This document shows positions 12,831 through 25,405 of a stretch of DNA of 64,000 nucleotides, piece after piece. Source of the stretch: Octopus sinensis (taxonomy: Eukaryota); the NCBI RefSeq assembly GCF_006345805.1, contig NC_043016.1, forward strand, positions 11,160,001-11,224,000. Direction: 5' to 3'. Made by a program: the position numbers and the translations under genes. Under the pieces are notes generated by a model. That model was given only the letters and a program-made list of their open reading frames with translations. It searched no databases and had not been told where the DNA came from. Numbering within the stretch: the first letter of the stretch is position 1; each line of letters opens with the position of its first letter.

Positions 12831-13144
12831 TGGAATCTGCTTTGTTGTAAAGCATTTGAGCCAAGTGTACAGTTTTGAGATCTTCCTCTCTCCTTCTTTC
12901 TTGTGAATGTACATGGCATAATGGTTAAGGTATTACACTCTCAATTGCAAGTCACAGTTTCAATTTCCAGACTAGGCTGTGTGTTTTGTCCTTGAGAAAG
13001 ACACTTCACTTCAAGTGGTTTCAATCCACTGAGCTGTGAATGAGTGACATCCTGTTCAGAAGGAACATTTTGGTCACTTGTACCCAATGAAAACCAAATA
13101 AATGATCCTATCAGATTCAGGACTTGAGGCAGTAATGTCCAGGA

Positions 13145-13845
13145 GACTTAAAGACCCCATTCAGTCATGAATGACCATAGGATTGCACCTAGAAAGTTCA
13201 CCTCTGTGACATGAGTCCAGGCAAGGTGGTTTGTAGAAGACCAGCAGTTGTCTATGCATACCAGCCTCTCCTCTTGATACCACCAATGTTGTCCAAGGGA
13301 AAGGCAAAGGGGCTGATACAGCTTGGCACCAGTGATGCCACAATTCATTTCTACAGCTGAGTGAACTGGAGCAACATGAAATAAAGTGTCTTGCTCAAAA
13401 ACACAACACAGCCAAGACTGGGAATCGAACTCGCTACCTCATGGTTGTAAGCCCGACGCTCTAACCTCAGAACCATGTGCCTTTCCCCCCACCACACACA
13501 CATATAAAGGGTAAACAGTAAAGACCCTCTTCAGTCATTGATGACCATGGGATTGCATCTAGAAAGTTCATCTCTAAGGCACAAGTCTGGGTAAGATTGT
13601 TTATGGAAGACCAGCAGTCACCCATGCATACCAGCCTCCCCTCTCCATGCCACCGATGTTATCCAAGGGAAAGGCAAAGGGGCTGATACAGCTTAGCACC
13701 TGTGATGTCACAACTCATTTCTACAGCTGAGTGAACTGGAACAACGTGAAATAAAGTGTCTTGCTCAAGAACACAAAACACAATTTGGTCCAGGATCAAA
13801 CTCACTCTCTCATGATTGTGAGCCCAATGCTCTATGCGTTCACAG
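13145..13845 (-). mobile_element. Two adjacent copies of a third tRNA/CORE SINE family (13145-13485 and 13515-13845)
   Basis: tRNA-like head at the right ends (gggaatcgaactc; ctctaacc), CORE-like aaagtgtcttgctcaa; another copy at 54965-55293. Confidence 0.8.
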
Positions 13846-14759
13846 GGACTTATTAATTTATTCTCAGCTGGTCATCTGTTTTCCTTCCTAAGTGAAAAAT
13901 AAAACGAGATTTTATTTTGTTTAATTCCAACGTATGTGCCAATAAGTCGAAATTTTCAATTACACGTTGTTGTTGCTTCTTTATTTTAATAGGTTTTCTG
14001 TCTGTCTACAGACAATAAACACATTGAAATTTATTCCATCTTGTTTCTCAATTACCCTGGTGATTGATATATGTGTGTGTATATATATGTATATATATAC
14101 ACACACACACACATATACATATATATATATATATATATATGTACGTCTGTGTGCGTATGTGTTGTATATATATATTCATGTGTGTACATATATATATGTA
14201 TTATATATATATATATGTGTGTGTGTGTGTATATGTATATATATATATATGTACGTTTGTGTGTATGTTAGTGTTGTATATATATATATATATATATTTA
14301 TGTGTGTGTATATATATATATACATGTATATATATATATATGAAATAGTGTTATTTTATTGCATACAGTTAGGGGTATAGAAAAAAGGACGTTGAAAATG
14401 CACTGAGATTCATTTAGATTTTTGTTTTATTTAAATAAACTCCATTCAAGAACAACTATTCACACACAAACTCATTCTACTGTTTGACGTGTTGAATTTA
14501 TACAACTAACGACTTCAATTTCGGACACAGTCACAACTGTTAATTGACAGAGTCTACATATACGTAAGTGTCGAATGTTTAGAAAACAGACAGTTAAAAG
14601 CTAAATTTAATGCCTGCATACATAAACAGAAACTGTAACTATTCAAAGACTGGACTACATAGAAACAACTGTCCACTCTATCACTCAACGGATTAGATTT
14701 AGAGAACGTTATTTTGGGACTGTCACCAGACATGTTCATTCAATAGTGCCAGCCTTGAT

Positions 14760-15335
14760 TTTTTCCAAAAAATACTGTCACATATTAACACATAGGTAAG
14801 AAACCTACAAAAATTTCTAAGATTGCTACTAATCATGAAATCTTTTAACAGATAAAATTCAGATAGCCCTGACTGCTAGGGATTGTCACTAGATATGTTC
14901 ACTCAACTGTGACAGCTTTAACTAACAACTTGAAACACATTGTCACATGACATTAAAGAATGAACACAGCAAAGAACTTACAAAAATTTCTAAAACTTGA
15001 TCATGTGATCACCCTTGACCAATCAAAGCATGTCTGAAACAGATGTTAATTTTATCCATGTTCTCGATAAAACAAGACAATTTTTGAATTCCAATCAGAA
15101 GCAAGGCAGTTGCACCATAGCTCCATATCTTTCTATATCTTTCACCATAGATCCATAACTTTTGGAGTGGAAAGTAGTTGAAAAGTCTACACCATATGTT
15201 AACAGAGCTAAAAAATGTAAGCTATACATAGCAGAAAGAACTAAAATCCTTTTCAAATCCAAGAACTCTCACTGCTGAATACTAGATCTGAAATTTTTAG
15301 CAGTTGTAAGCATATGGCTAAGTTTCTGTGGATGA
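14760..15335 (+). mobile_element. Degenerate Penelope-like element GIY-YIG endonuclease region
   Basis: Manual translation ITLEWKVVEKSTPYVNRAKKCKLYIAERTKILFKS../LLNTRSEIFSSCKHMAKF, matching the PLE C-terminal WxILxxxxPY...KCxLCLxEK...LLNxRSE..SxCxH pattern. Confidence 0.75.
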
Positions 15336-15713
15336 AATTGGAAAGTCCCTCCCTCTCCTGATTGAATAATTGTACCACAGACTCTAAGCCACTATCTTTC
15401 CAACCTCATATTTTATGGTCGAAGGGGAAAAACTTTAATTTTCCCCTTTTAATCCCCTTAGGATTAAAATGCAAGCTGTGTTCTTTTGAAGCACATCTCC
15501 TTATTTCAGTATTCCAAATCCATATGTAGATGTTATATTTGTGTGAGGTATGCATAAAAGTTAAAAATACTGGTAAACATTTTCTGTAGAGTAAAAATAT
15601 CAAAATAATGTAGTTGGAAATTTTTTGGTATCATTTTATTCACCATTACACAGCTTGCATTTTAATCCTATCTACAATATGTGTGTGTGTAAACCAAATG
15701 AAATCATAGGTAC

Positions 15714-15754
<41 letters not shown>

Positions 15755-15851
15755 CAGATATAGATATATAAATAATATATATATGCATATATACGTACGT
15801 ATAAGTACATACTTACATATATATTTATATACATATGCAGGACGTCATAGA

Positions 15852-16974
15852 ATGTAAACAACATGATATACGAAATACAAAAACATGGAATATGAACTTT
15901 TTTTGTGAACAACGAAAGAAATAAATGGAAAACAGGACAAGTAACATAAAGGACGACCCTTCATCTGTTGGCGGCTGTTTTATCTACTCCGCATTTTGAG
16001 CAATTACAAAAAGATGTGCTTTCGTCAAAACAGTTAAAACAACCAACAACTGATGAAGGGTCGTTCTTTATGTTGCTTGTCTTTTTTGCCATTTGTTTCT
16101 TTGTTGTTCGCAAAAACAAGTTCTATACCCCTGTTTTTGTATTTATTTGTATTCATATTTTTTCCTATTTCATGTTGTTATCTCTATGAGGTCCTGTACA
16201 CATATGCATATGTATATACATATATATAAGTATGTATAATATGTATGTATATATGCATATATATATATTATTATATTATTAACATGATTGATGGCACCGC
16301 ATCCATTTCCAAGTAAGTTTTATCTTAATAATTTTTATCTTAATAAAGTTTTATCTTATATATAATATATATATATATGTATATATATGGTGTGTGTGTT
16401 GTCTGTGTTTGTCCCCCAACATGCTATTGCTTGAACACCCAATGCTGGTGTGTTTACAATCCTGTAACTTAGGAAACGATGGGGGAAGGAAAGAGAAGAT
16501 AATAAACTTCTTGGAAATGGATGCGTGCCATTCAATCATGTAATAATATAAATAATATATATATATGCATATATACATACATATATATACATACTTATAT
16601 ATATGTATATACATATGCATATATGTGTACAGGACATCATAGAGCATAAACAACATGAAATAGGAAAATAATATGAAATACAAAATACAAAAACAGGGTA
16701 TATGAACTTGTTTTGCGAACAACGAAAGAAACAAATGGCAAAAAAGACAAGCAACATAAAGAACGACCCTTCATCAGTTGTTGGTTGTTTTAACTGTTTT
16801 GACGAAAGCACATCTTTTTGTAATTGCTCAAAATGCGGAGTAGATAAAACAGCCGCCAACAGATGAAGGGTCGTCCTTTATGTTACTTGTCCTGTTTTCC
16901 ATTTATTTCTTTCGTTGTTCACAAAAAAAGTTCATATTCCATGTTTTTGTATTTCGTATATCATGTTGTTTACA

Positions 16975-16975
<1 letters not shown>
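15852..16975. repeat. Near-identical inverted duplication (arms 15852-16326 and 16496-16975) of an element that is itself palindromic
   Basis: Identical ORF starts MAAVLSTPHFEQLQKDVLSSKQLKQPTTDEGSFFMLLVFFAICFF on + (15968) and - (16859); each arm has ~110-bp internal inverted ends finishing at gacccttcatc / gatgaagggtc. Confidence 0.9.
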
Positions 16976-17026
<51 letters not shown>

Positions 17027-17384
17027 TACATATATACATATACATATACATATATACGATGGGCTTCTTTCATTTCTGTCTACCAAATCCATTCACAGGC
17101 TTTGGTTGGCCCGAGGCTATAGTAGAAGACACTTTCACAAGTGCCACGCATTGGGACTGAACCCGGAACCATTTGGCTGGTAAGCAATACACACATACAC
17201 ATACATGCATACACCCACATATATACACGGCATGCACACATATATGCACATATACATGCATACACACAAGCACATGTATGCCCATACGTTCATACATACA
17301 TATATGTTGGTGTGTTTATGTTCCTGTAACTTAGAAGTTCGACAAAAGGGACCAATAAAATAAGTACTAGGTTATGCATGTGTG

Positions 17385-18180
17385 TGTCATTGCCCCAGAA
17401 ACAGTGAGGTATTCAACACTATTGTGCAAACTCTCCCTTTACTAACTAGAGATCCAAAAATGAATGACATCTTCAAAACACACAAACTCATCAAATGCAA
17501 AAACAAGACAAATTGCTAAAGAGACTACTAACAAATGTGAAGATTTACAAAGCAACCATGAAACCAATGGTTGAAAAATGTGGATGCCCAAACTGTGGAA
17601 CCTGCCCCCACCTGCTTGAAGGCTCGGATTTCATTTTCAAAGAAGGACAGATGTTCGCAATTAAAACTAGTTTCACTTGTGCCTCTGAGAACCTAATTTA
17701 TGTAATAACCTGCTCAGGTTGTGGACACCACTATATTGGACAAACGAGTATGACCTTGAGAAAGAGAACCACTCTACATAAGGAGCAAATTCCTCTCAGG
17801 GAACATATAAAAAAAATGTGCAGATAACATCAAACCAAATTTCACAGTCTTCCCTTTCTAACAGTTACCTCTCTTACCCACAACAATAACAATAATAATG
17901 ACAACCAATTACCTCCCTTTATTTATCTATTTGTGAAGTCATTCACTCGTGAATTTCATCACAGACAACATGGACAAAATTTCTTCTTAAGAAAAAATAT
18001 ATATTCAAATAAGTAAATTTCTAACAGTTACCTCCCTTACCCACAACAATAACAATAATAATGACAACCAATTACCTCCCTTTATTTATCTATTTGTGAA
18101 GTCATTCACTCGTGAATTTCATCACACACAACATGGACAAAATTTCTTCTTAAGAAAAAATATATATTCAAATAAGTAAA
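17385..18180 (+). mobile_element. Penelope-like element 3' part, GIY-YIG endonuclease, with 163-bp tandem duplication at its end
   Basis: ORF 17495-17827: KCGCPNCGTCP...FTCASENLIYVITCSGCGHHYIGQTSMTLRKRTTLH (LIY-YIG); duplicated segments 17855-18017 and 18018-18180. Confidence 0.9.
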
Positions 18181-18186
18181 ACATAA

Positions 18187-18219
18187 TATCATGAATAGCA
18201 ATAGTGAAACCGGTCGATA
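18187..18219 (+). ncRNA. Decayed type-I hammerhead motif
   Basis: tatc-[CTG missing]ATGA-a-ta-gcaa-tagt-GAAA-CC-GG-TC-gata: stem I tatc/gata, palindromic stem III ACCGGT, GUC site; lies directly 3' of the PLE. Confidence 0.55.
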
Positions 18220-18384
18220 CATTAAAAATTATATTAAAACTATGTAAGTGTGCGTATTTTCCTTTTTTAATTTCTTATATACATTACAACTCACCATGTG
18301 GGGATAATCGAAATTCCACTTTTCTAGTTTGGGGATTTGGTTTGCAAGATTCTTTATGTGAATTTATGTGTTGAAGCATATTTT

Positions 18385-18717
18385 ATTGTGTCTGGGGAGA
18401 GTTATTCTCTTTTTGTTAGTACCTTAGTATTTAACACATTCACCAGTTCGATTTCCACTCATTTACTTATTCAATTTTTCTAAAGTTTCCATTGTATCTT
18501 GCAACCTTTTCAGTAGTTGTTAACTCTGTCCATTATCTTCAAACAAACAAAAAGAACACAGCTCAGATAACGGACAGAGTCAACAACTACTGAAAAGGAT
18601 GCAAGACTCAATGAAAATCTTAGAAAAAATAAATAAGTAAATGAGTGGAAACTTTACCGTTGAGTGTGTTAAATACTAATAACGCACTAAAGGAGAATGA
18701 CTCTCCCCAGACACAAT
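18385..18717. repeat. Imperfect fold-back element, ~155-bp arms, 26-bp spacer
   Basis: attgtgtctggggagag...tttccactcatttacttatt...ttatct pairs with agataa...aataagtaaatgagtggaaa...ctctccccagacacaat. Confidence 0.8.
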
Positions 18718-18759
18718 ACATATATATACATATATGTATGTATACATATATATACATTC

Positions 18760-18795
<36 letters not shown>

Positions 18796-18878
18796 ACACA
18801 CACCACATATATGTAGATAGATATACACATACATACTTTGTGGGTATATATGTGTGAGTGTACTTATATATATATAAT

Positions 18879-18928
<50 letters not shown>

Positions 18929-19529
18929 ATGTGTGTGTGTATATCTATATGTGTATGTGTGTATATATCTATCTATTATATATATATATGTGTGTGTGTG
19001 TGTATATATTATATATATATATTGTGTGTGAGTGTATATGTTCACATGCAAATACTATCATTAGCAACATTAGTATTGTCATTAGTATTGATAGTACCAT
19101 TAATATCCTCATTATCATACTACTACTGTTACTACTGTTACTGCTGCTGTTGCTGCTACAAGCATTCATCACAACCACCACCACCACCACCACCACTGCC
19201 ATCATCACTATTGTTATCCTCATCATCATTGTCAGCTTCATTGCTGTGATCATCGGTGTTTATTGATTTTAAATATTCATCAGCGAACCATCCATCACCA
19301 TTAAGCATCACTAAATTATGTAAACTATATTGCAAGCTATCTTCGAAACAGTCACTGATATAAAAATCAATACCTGTTATTGTCGCTGTTGTTGTTGTTG
19401 TTGCTGTCACCACATCTGTTGCTGCTGCTGCTATCGTTGTTGTTGTTGTTGTTGTTGTGTAGTTATGGTCAGGACAAACATTAACCTGATCCATGCTAAG
19501 TAGACAATCGACCAAACAGGTGTGATCCA

Positions 19530-20128
19530 CTGACCCAGTGGCTCTCAGCTAGAGTCCATATGAGTCAGTGGTTCTCAACTAGGATCAATATGACTCAGTG
19601 GGTCTCAACTAGGGTCCAATTGGTTCAGTGGGTCTCAATTAGGGTCCATATGACACAGTGGCTCTCAACTAGAATCCATATGACTCAGTGGGTCTCAACT
19701 AGGGTCCAGTTGACTCAGTGGTTCTCACCTAGGGTCCAATTGACCCAGTGCTTCTCAACTAGGATCCATATGACACAGTGGGTCTCATTTAGGGTCCAGT
19801 TGACTCTGTGGGATCTCAACTAGGGTCCATATGACTCAGTGGAGTCTCAACTAGGGTCCATATGACTCAGTGGAGTCTCAACTAGGGTCCATATGACTCA
19901 GTGGAGTCTCAACTAGAGTCCATATGACACAGTGGGGTCTCAACTAGGGTCCAGTTACACAGTGGAGTCTCAACTAGGGCACACATGACTCTGTGGGGTC
20001 TCAACTAGGATCCAATTAACTCAGTGGAGTCTCAACTAGGGTCCAGTTACACAGTGGAGTCTCAACAAGGGTCCAATTGCTTCAGTGGGGTCTCAATTAG
20101 GGTCCAATTGACTCAGTGGGGTCCATAT
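19530..20128 (+). repeat. 30/31-bp minisatellite, about 19 copies, derived from a hAT/Charlie-like terminus
   Basis: Unit tgactcagtgg(g/a)tctcaactagggtccata; cagtggttctcaac resembles hAT-Charlie TIRs. Confidence 0.85.
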
Positions 20129-20639
20129 AAGATTTTGTTTTTACAAATTGTGTGCAATAAATTGGTTATACTTCTACGGTACACTAAATGTTTTAGCAAT
20201 TTAATTACAATAATATAATTATAAAATTGTGAACATCATCATCATAATCATTATCATCACCACCACCACCACCATCATCATCATCATTATTATCATCATC
20301 ATCATTGTCCATGCTGGCATGGGTTGGATGGTTTGACCAGGGCTGGTAAGCTGAGGGTCTGCACCAGACTCCACTCTGATTTGGCGTGGTTTTTCTATGG
20401 CTGGATGCCCTTCCTAACACCAACCACGTAATGGGTGCTTTTACATGTCACCAGCACGGGTGCCGGTTGCATGATGCCACTGTCTGCCACGGCTACAAAT
20501 TCATTTTGCTTGATGGGTCTCCAGGAGGCCCAACACCCAAAAGGTACATTTTACGTGCCAGTGGCACAGGTGTCATTTACATGATGCCAGCATCGACTGT
20601 GACGTATATTTTGTTTATGCTTTGTTTTTTAAGATGGTA

Positions 20640-20931
20640 CTCTTTTATTCTTTTTTTTTTTCTTTTCCTTGTTTCAGTTGCTTGACTGCAACCATGCTGG
20701 AGCACTGCCTTGAAGGGTTCAGTCAAACAAATCGACTCCAGGACCCTTTTTTTCAAAGCCTGGTACTTATTATACCAGTCTCTTTTGCTGATCAGCTAAG
20801 TTATAGGCACATACACACACCAACACCAGTTGTCAAGTGGTGACAAGACAACAAACGCAGACATAAGGACATATACATACATACATACATACATACATAC
20901 ATACATGCATGCATACATACATACATACATA

Positions 20932-20962
<31 letters not shown>

Positions 20963-21125
20963 AGCATATACATGATGGGCTTCTCTCAGTTTCTGTCTAT
21001 CAAATCCACTCACAAGGCTTTGTTTGGCCTGAGGCTATGGTAGAAGACATTTCCCCAAGGTAGCATGCAATGGGACTAAACCTAGAACCATGTGGTTGGA
21101 AAGCAATTTTCTCACCACACAGTGA
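20640..21125 (-). mobile_element. CORE-type SINE (diverged)
   Basis: Reverse complement of the 7801 family with an internal (TACA)n tract. Confidence 0.8.
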
Positions 21126-21470
21126 GATTTTGAGGAAAATTTGATTTGGCTTTTAATTCTTAGAAGGTTTAGGTACTCTATACAGGTTTTTTCATTGGTC
21201 TATGATATGTCTGAATTTTCTGGTGTCACCCAATGAGAACACAGACATGATAAGCTCAATCAACAAGATTATGGTTATTCTTCTTCCACCTTCAAATATT
21301 GGTGTTGTAACTTTATATCATGATGGAATTAATAAGGCTTTGTTAACCCTTTTCAAATCAGCCTGCCTGAGGCTGCTCTTGTCTCTATCATACAAAATTC
21401 CAATTTTAAAATGCACTAAATTAAAAATTTCCATGAAAATTTCATGCTAATTTATGATTTAAACACCCAG

Positions 21471-22188
21471 TTTAACTCTTTAGCATTCAGATTATTTTGT
21501 TAACCCTTTTGTTACCAACCCGGCTGAAACCAGCACTGGCTTTGTAGTACAGATATCTTGTTTTCCTAAGTCTTGAATTAAAATCTTCCACCAAACCTTA
21601 GTCACAATTTATGTTCCTAACACTAGCTGAATGATAACCAAGTGATTTTACTAAATTCTTTGTTATATTCAAAGTAATTAAAAGAAACTCAGAGCATCTC
21701 AAAATAAATACAATAACGAAAGGGTTAAATAATCTGAATGCTAAAAAGCCAAGCTGGCAGGCAGTGAGCTGGCAGAAACATTAGCATGCCATGTGAAATG
21801 CTCAGCGGTACATTTTGAGTTCAAATTCCGCCGAGATCAACTTTGCCTTTCATCCTTTAGGGGTCAATTAAATAAGTATCAGTTACGTACTGGGATCAAT
21901 GTAATCAACTTAATCTGTTTGTCTGTCCTTGTTTGTCCCCTCTGTGTGTAGCCCCTTGTGGGCAGTAAAGAAATAAGATTATCTTGTTGAATGTTGTAAT
22001 GCTTATTTATTAATATTGTTTCAAATTTATCCTGCATTATCTTGTGACTTTGAGATTTTGATGATGTGATAGTTTATTTTCAGATTAGCATAGTACGGTA
22101 AGTGTGACAGGCCAGATATAGGCAGTTTGAATATAAAACAGGTAGAATATTAGGGCCAGATATGGCTGGTTTAAATGCTAATGGGTTA
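21471..22188. mobile_element. Nested TTAA MITEs with a Nin SINE (21760-21975, +) inserted
   Basis: 4503-type MITE at about 21501-21727 sits between ctttagcattcagattat and ataatctgaatgctaaa; 12603-type body resumes at about 21976. Confidence 0.7.
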
Positions 22189-22583
22189 ATAATAGTTTCA
22201 AATTTTGGTGCAAGGCCTGTCATTTCAGAGGGTGGGATAAGCCGATTGCATTAACCCCATTGTTTAGGAATACAGTGTGTCTAAAGGATGAGATAGATGG
22301 TCATGATTGGAATGCTTTTGGTTGATCCTAAGTCTGTTTGGGGAGGGCTGACCTGAAACCCAACAACAACTTCAGACTTCAACAACAACAACCCACACCT
22401 TATTATATTTTGAGTGAAACACACTGCATTTGTTTCAAGGAGTTTTTACTTATTTTATCAACTCCAGAAGGATGAAAGGCAAAGCTGACCTTGGTGGAAT
22501 TTGAACTCAGACTGTCAGACCAGATGAAATGCTGCTAAGCATTTTGCCCAGAGTGCTAACAATTCTGCCAGCTGGCTGCCTTG

Positions 22584-22617
<34 letters not shown>

Positions 22618-23084
22618 CCTTTCTACTATAGGCACAAGGCCTGAAATTTGTGGGGAGGGGACTAGTTGATTACATTGACACCAGTGTTTAACTGGTACTT
22701 AATTTATCGACCATGAAAAGATAAAAGGCAAAGTTGACATCGGCGGAATTTGAACTCAGAATGTCAAATCAGATGAAATGCTGCCAAGCATTTTGCCAGG
22801 CATGCTACCAATTCTGTCAGCTCGCTGCCATAAAACCAGTTTATTAATGACAAAATAATTAAATTCTTTGTTATTTTTAAAAAGTTGATTGAAACAAATG
22901 TAGCGTATTTCAATAGAAATGTAATAAGGCAATGTAATGAGTCTGAAGTTGTTGTAGTCAGGCCTTAGGTCAGCCCTCACCAAACAGGCTTTTAGGATTA
23001 ATCAAAAGCATTCCAATCATGACCATCCATTTCATCTTTTAGACACAATACATGCCTTTCGCTTTTATTGTTTTCCATTCTGTT

Positions 23085-23305
23085 GTTTTTTCTTTACTCT
23101 TTACTCTTTTAATTGTTTCAGTCATTTGACTGCAGCCATGCTTGAGCACCGCCTTTAGTCGAGCAAATCGACCCCGGGACTTATTCTTTGTAAGCCCAGT
23201 ACTTATTCTATCAGTCTCTTTTTGCCAAACCGCTAAGTGACAGGGACATAAACACACCAGCATTGGTTGTCAAGTGATGCTGGGGGGACAAAGAGACACA
23301 CAAAC

Positions 23306-23336
<31 letters not shown>

Positions 23337-23505
23337 CATATACACGACGGGCTTCTTCCAGTTTCCGTCTACCAAATCCACTCATAAGGCATTGGTCGGC
23401 TTGGTGCTGTAGCAGAAGACACTTGCCCAAGATGCTATGCAGTGGGACTGAACCCGGAACCATGTGGTTGGTAACCAAGCTACTTACCACACAGCCACTC
23501 CTGCC
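23085..23505 (-). mobile_element. Full-length CORE-type SINE
   Basis: Reverse complement of the 7801 family; ends about 200 nt upstream of the first SDR exon. Confidence 0.9.
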
Positions 23506-23711
23506 TTTAATTCTTATCTTTTCTTTTTGTAGACAGTAGGATGTTATTAAAGAAAGATTTGGCTGTCACATCTAACAAATAAAATGACCCGCTAGAAATA
23601 ACAGCCAAATCTCTTGCTGTCGTTGTCATTAATGTTTTTGTTGTTGCTATTTGTTGCTTTCTTGCTGTTGTTGCATATCTTTTATTTCTTTCCTCTTTAT
23701 TTCTGAAACAG

Positions 23712-23834
23712 ATAATACTGTGGGGCCGTCATCTGGAATCCCTCTCGCAGACTTGTGCAGATGTGTGTGCAATGGGAGTCCCATGTGTTTACATGCAGTG
23801 TGATGTTAGCAACAAAGAAAATATTGACCAACAG
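23712..23834 (+). CDS. DHRS3: Internal coding exon of a DHRS3-like short-chain dehydrogenase/reductase (SDR16C family), 123 nt, phase 0/0
   Basis: ctctttatttctgaaacAG|...|GTatgg; translates IILWGRHLESLSQTCADVCAMGVPCVYMQCDVSNKENIDQQ (beta2 LWGR, beta3 CDVS). Symbol is by motif recognition; orthology not tested. Confidence 0.9.
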
Positions 23835-23869
23835 GTATGGCAAAATTTTTCACATCAGTACTTCTACTG

Positions 23870-24115
<246 letters not shown>

Positions 24116-24589
24116 AAATTTGTATAAAATATGGGCTACAACAAATATTCTGCTCAATACCACAGATTTGCTTGTCAGTTGTTTAACCTTAAACCTGTTG
24201 AGCATGTCCCTTAGTGGCTGACGATATGTGCATCTCTGATCATGACCAAGATTAGTGAGGAAACATCATAGTCATGTGTTGAGAGGAATTCTATGGGGTT
24301 TGGATAATTTTCCTTTGGAAACATGGGTGTTTTGTTAACATCCTTAAACAATCCTTATTCAAGGACCTTTTGAGTAGGTTGGGCTACTCAACCTGAAGAA
24401 AATTTTAACAAGGTCATGCGTTGTTTATCTTGATATGAGATCACCATACCACACACATATGGTTGTGATGCATGTACCTGGTATACCCTTATCAGACAGG
24501 TAGTCATGATGGGTATACTGGGCTTCATATATTTTACCCCAGTGTCACTTTGAAGGCATGCACTGCTCTCTCATTCAATTATAATAATG

Positions 24590-24648
<59 letters not shown>

Positions 24649-24709
24649 CCTTTCTACTAAAGGCACAAGGCCTGAAATTTTGAGGGAAGGGACCAGTCAA
24701 TTACAGTAA

Positions 24710-25405
24710 TGGCTGCAGAAAGGCAACTTAAAAGGGCCCACTGGGACATTAGGGTACAGTGCTCAAGAACAAGCTCTCAGAACAAACTACTCCAAATATC
24801 ACATTGATAAAAGCACTGACTCACCACAGTGTAGGATCTGTTCTGAGAAAGGAGAAAGTATAAGCCTAAGCCATATTGTTAGTGAATGCTGTAAGCTCGC
24901 ACAATACGAATATAAAAGGAGACACGACAATGTGGCCAGATATGTCCACTGGCTGTTGTGTGGTAAAGCAAACCTCGAGAGAGCTGAACAATAGTATGAA
25001 CACAAGCCAGAGGGAATAATGGAAAACAAACATTACAAAATACTCTGGGATTTTAACATGCAGTGCAACCAAGTCATAGAGGCGAGACGACCAGATATCA
25101 TGATCATCCATATAAAGATGAAAAAGAAGCAAAGATAATAGATGTTGCAATACCAGGTGATTTGAGGGTGAAATGTTAGGAAACAGAAAAGATTGTGAAA
25201 TACCAGCCACTGCAGGATGAGATAGGAAAGTTATGGGGCATGAGGAAAATAATGGTGATACTGGTGGTAATTGAAGCATAAGGAGCAGTTTCCAAGGGCT
25301 TTGAAACATACTAAGAATATTGGAGTTGCTGTCAGGCTCAAAGTGATCCAGAAGATGGTATTGTTGGGTACAGCTTGCATTCTAAGGAGAGTATTGTCTC
25401 TTTGA
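24710..25405 (+). mobile_element. HERO-like RLE non-LTR retrotransposon 3' fragment (in the intron between the two SDR exons)
   Basis: AQEQALRTNY..YHIDKSTDSPQCRICSEKGES..SHIVSECCKLAQYEYKRRHDNVARYVHW...KILWDFNMQ..QVIEARRPDI...IIDVAIPGD..EK..KYQPL...KMVLLGTACILRRVL, with stops and frameshifts. Confidence 0.9.

Noticed and set aside
15968-16189. Duplicated ORF MAAVLSTPH... as a small gene, and CTGATGAAGGG (about 16050) as a hammerhead
   Set aside because: The ORF lies in a palindromic repeat and the two copies diverge by frameshifts; the CUGAUGA is not followed by stem II-GAAA-NUH.
24218-24275. CTGACGA...GAAACATC as a hammerhead
   Set aside because: No stem I complementarity and unpaired sequence between the core and the nearest stem; lies inside another repeat.
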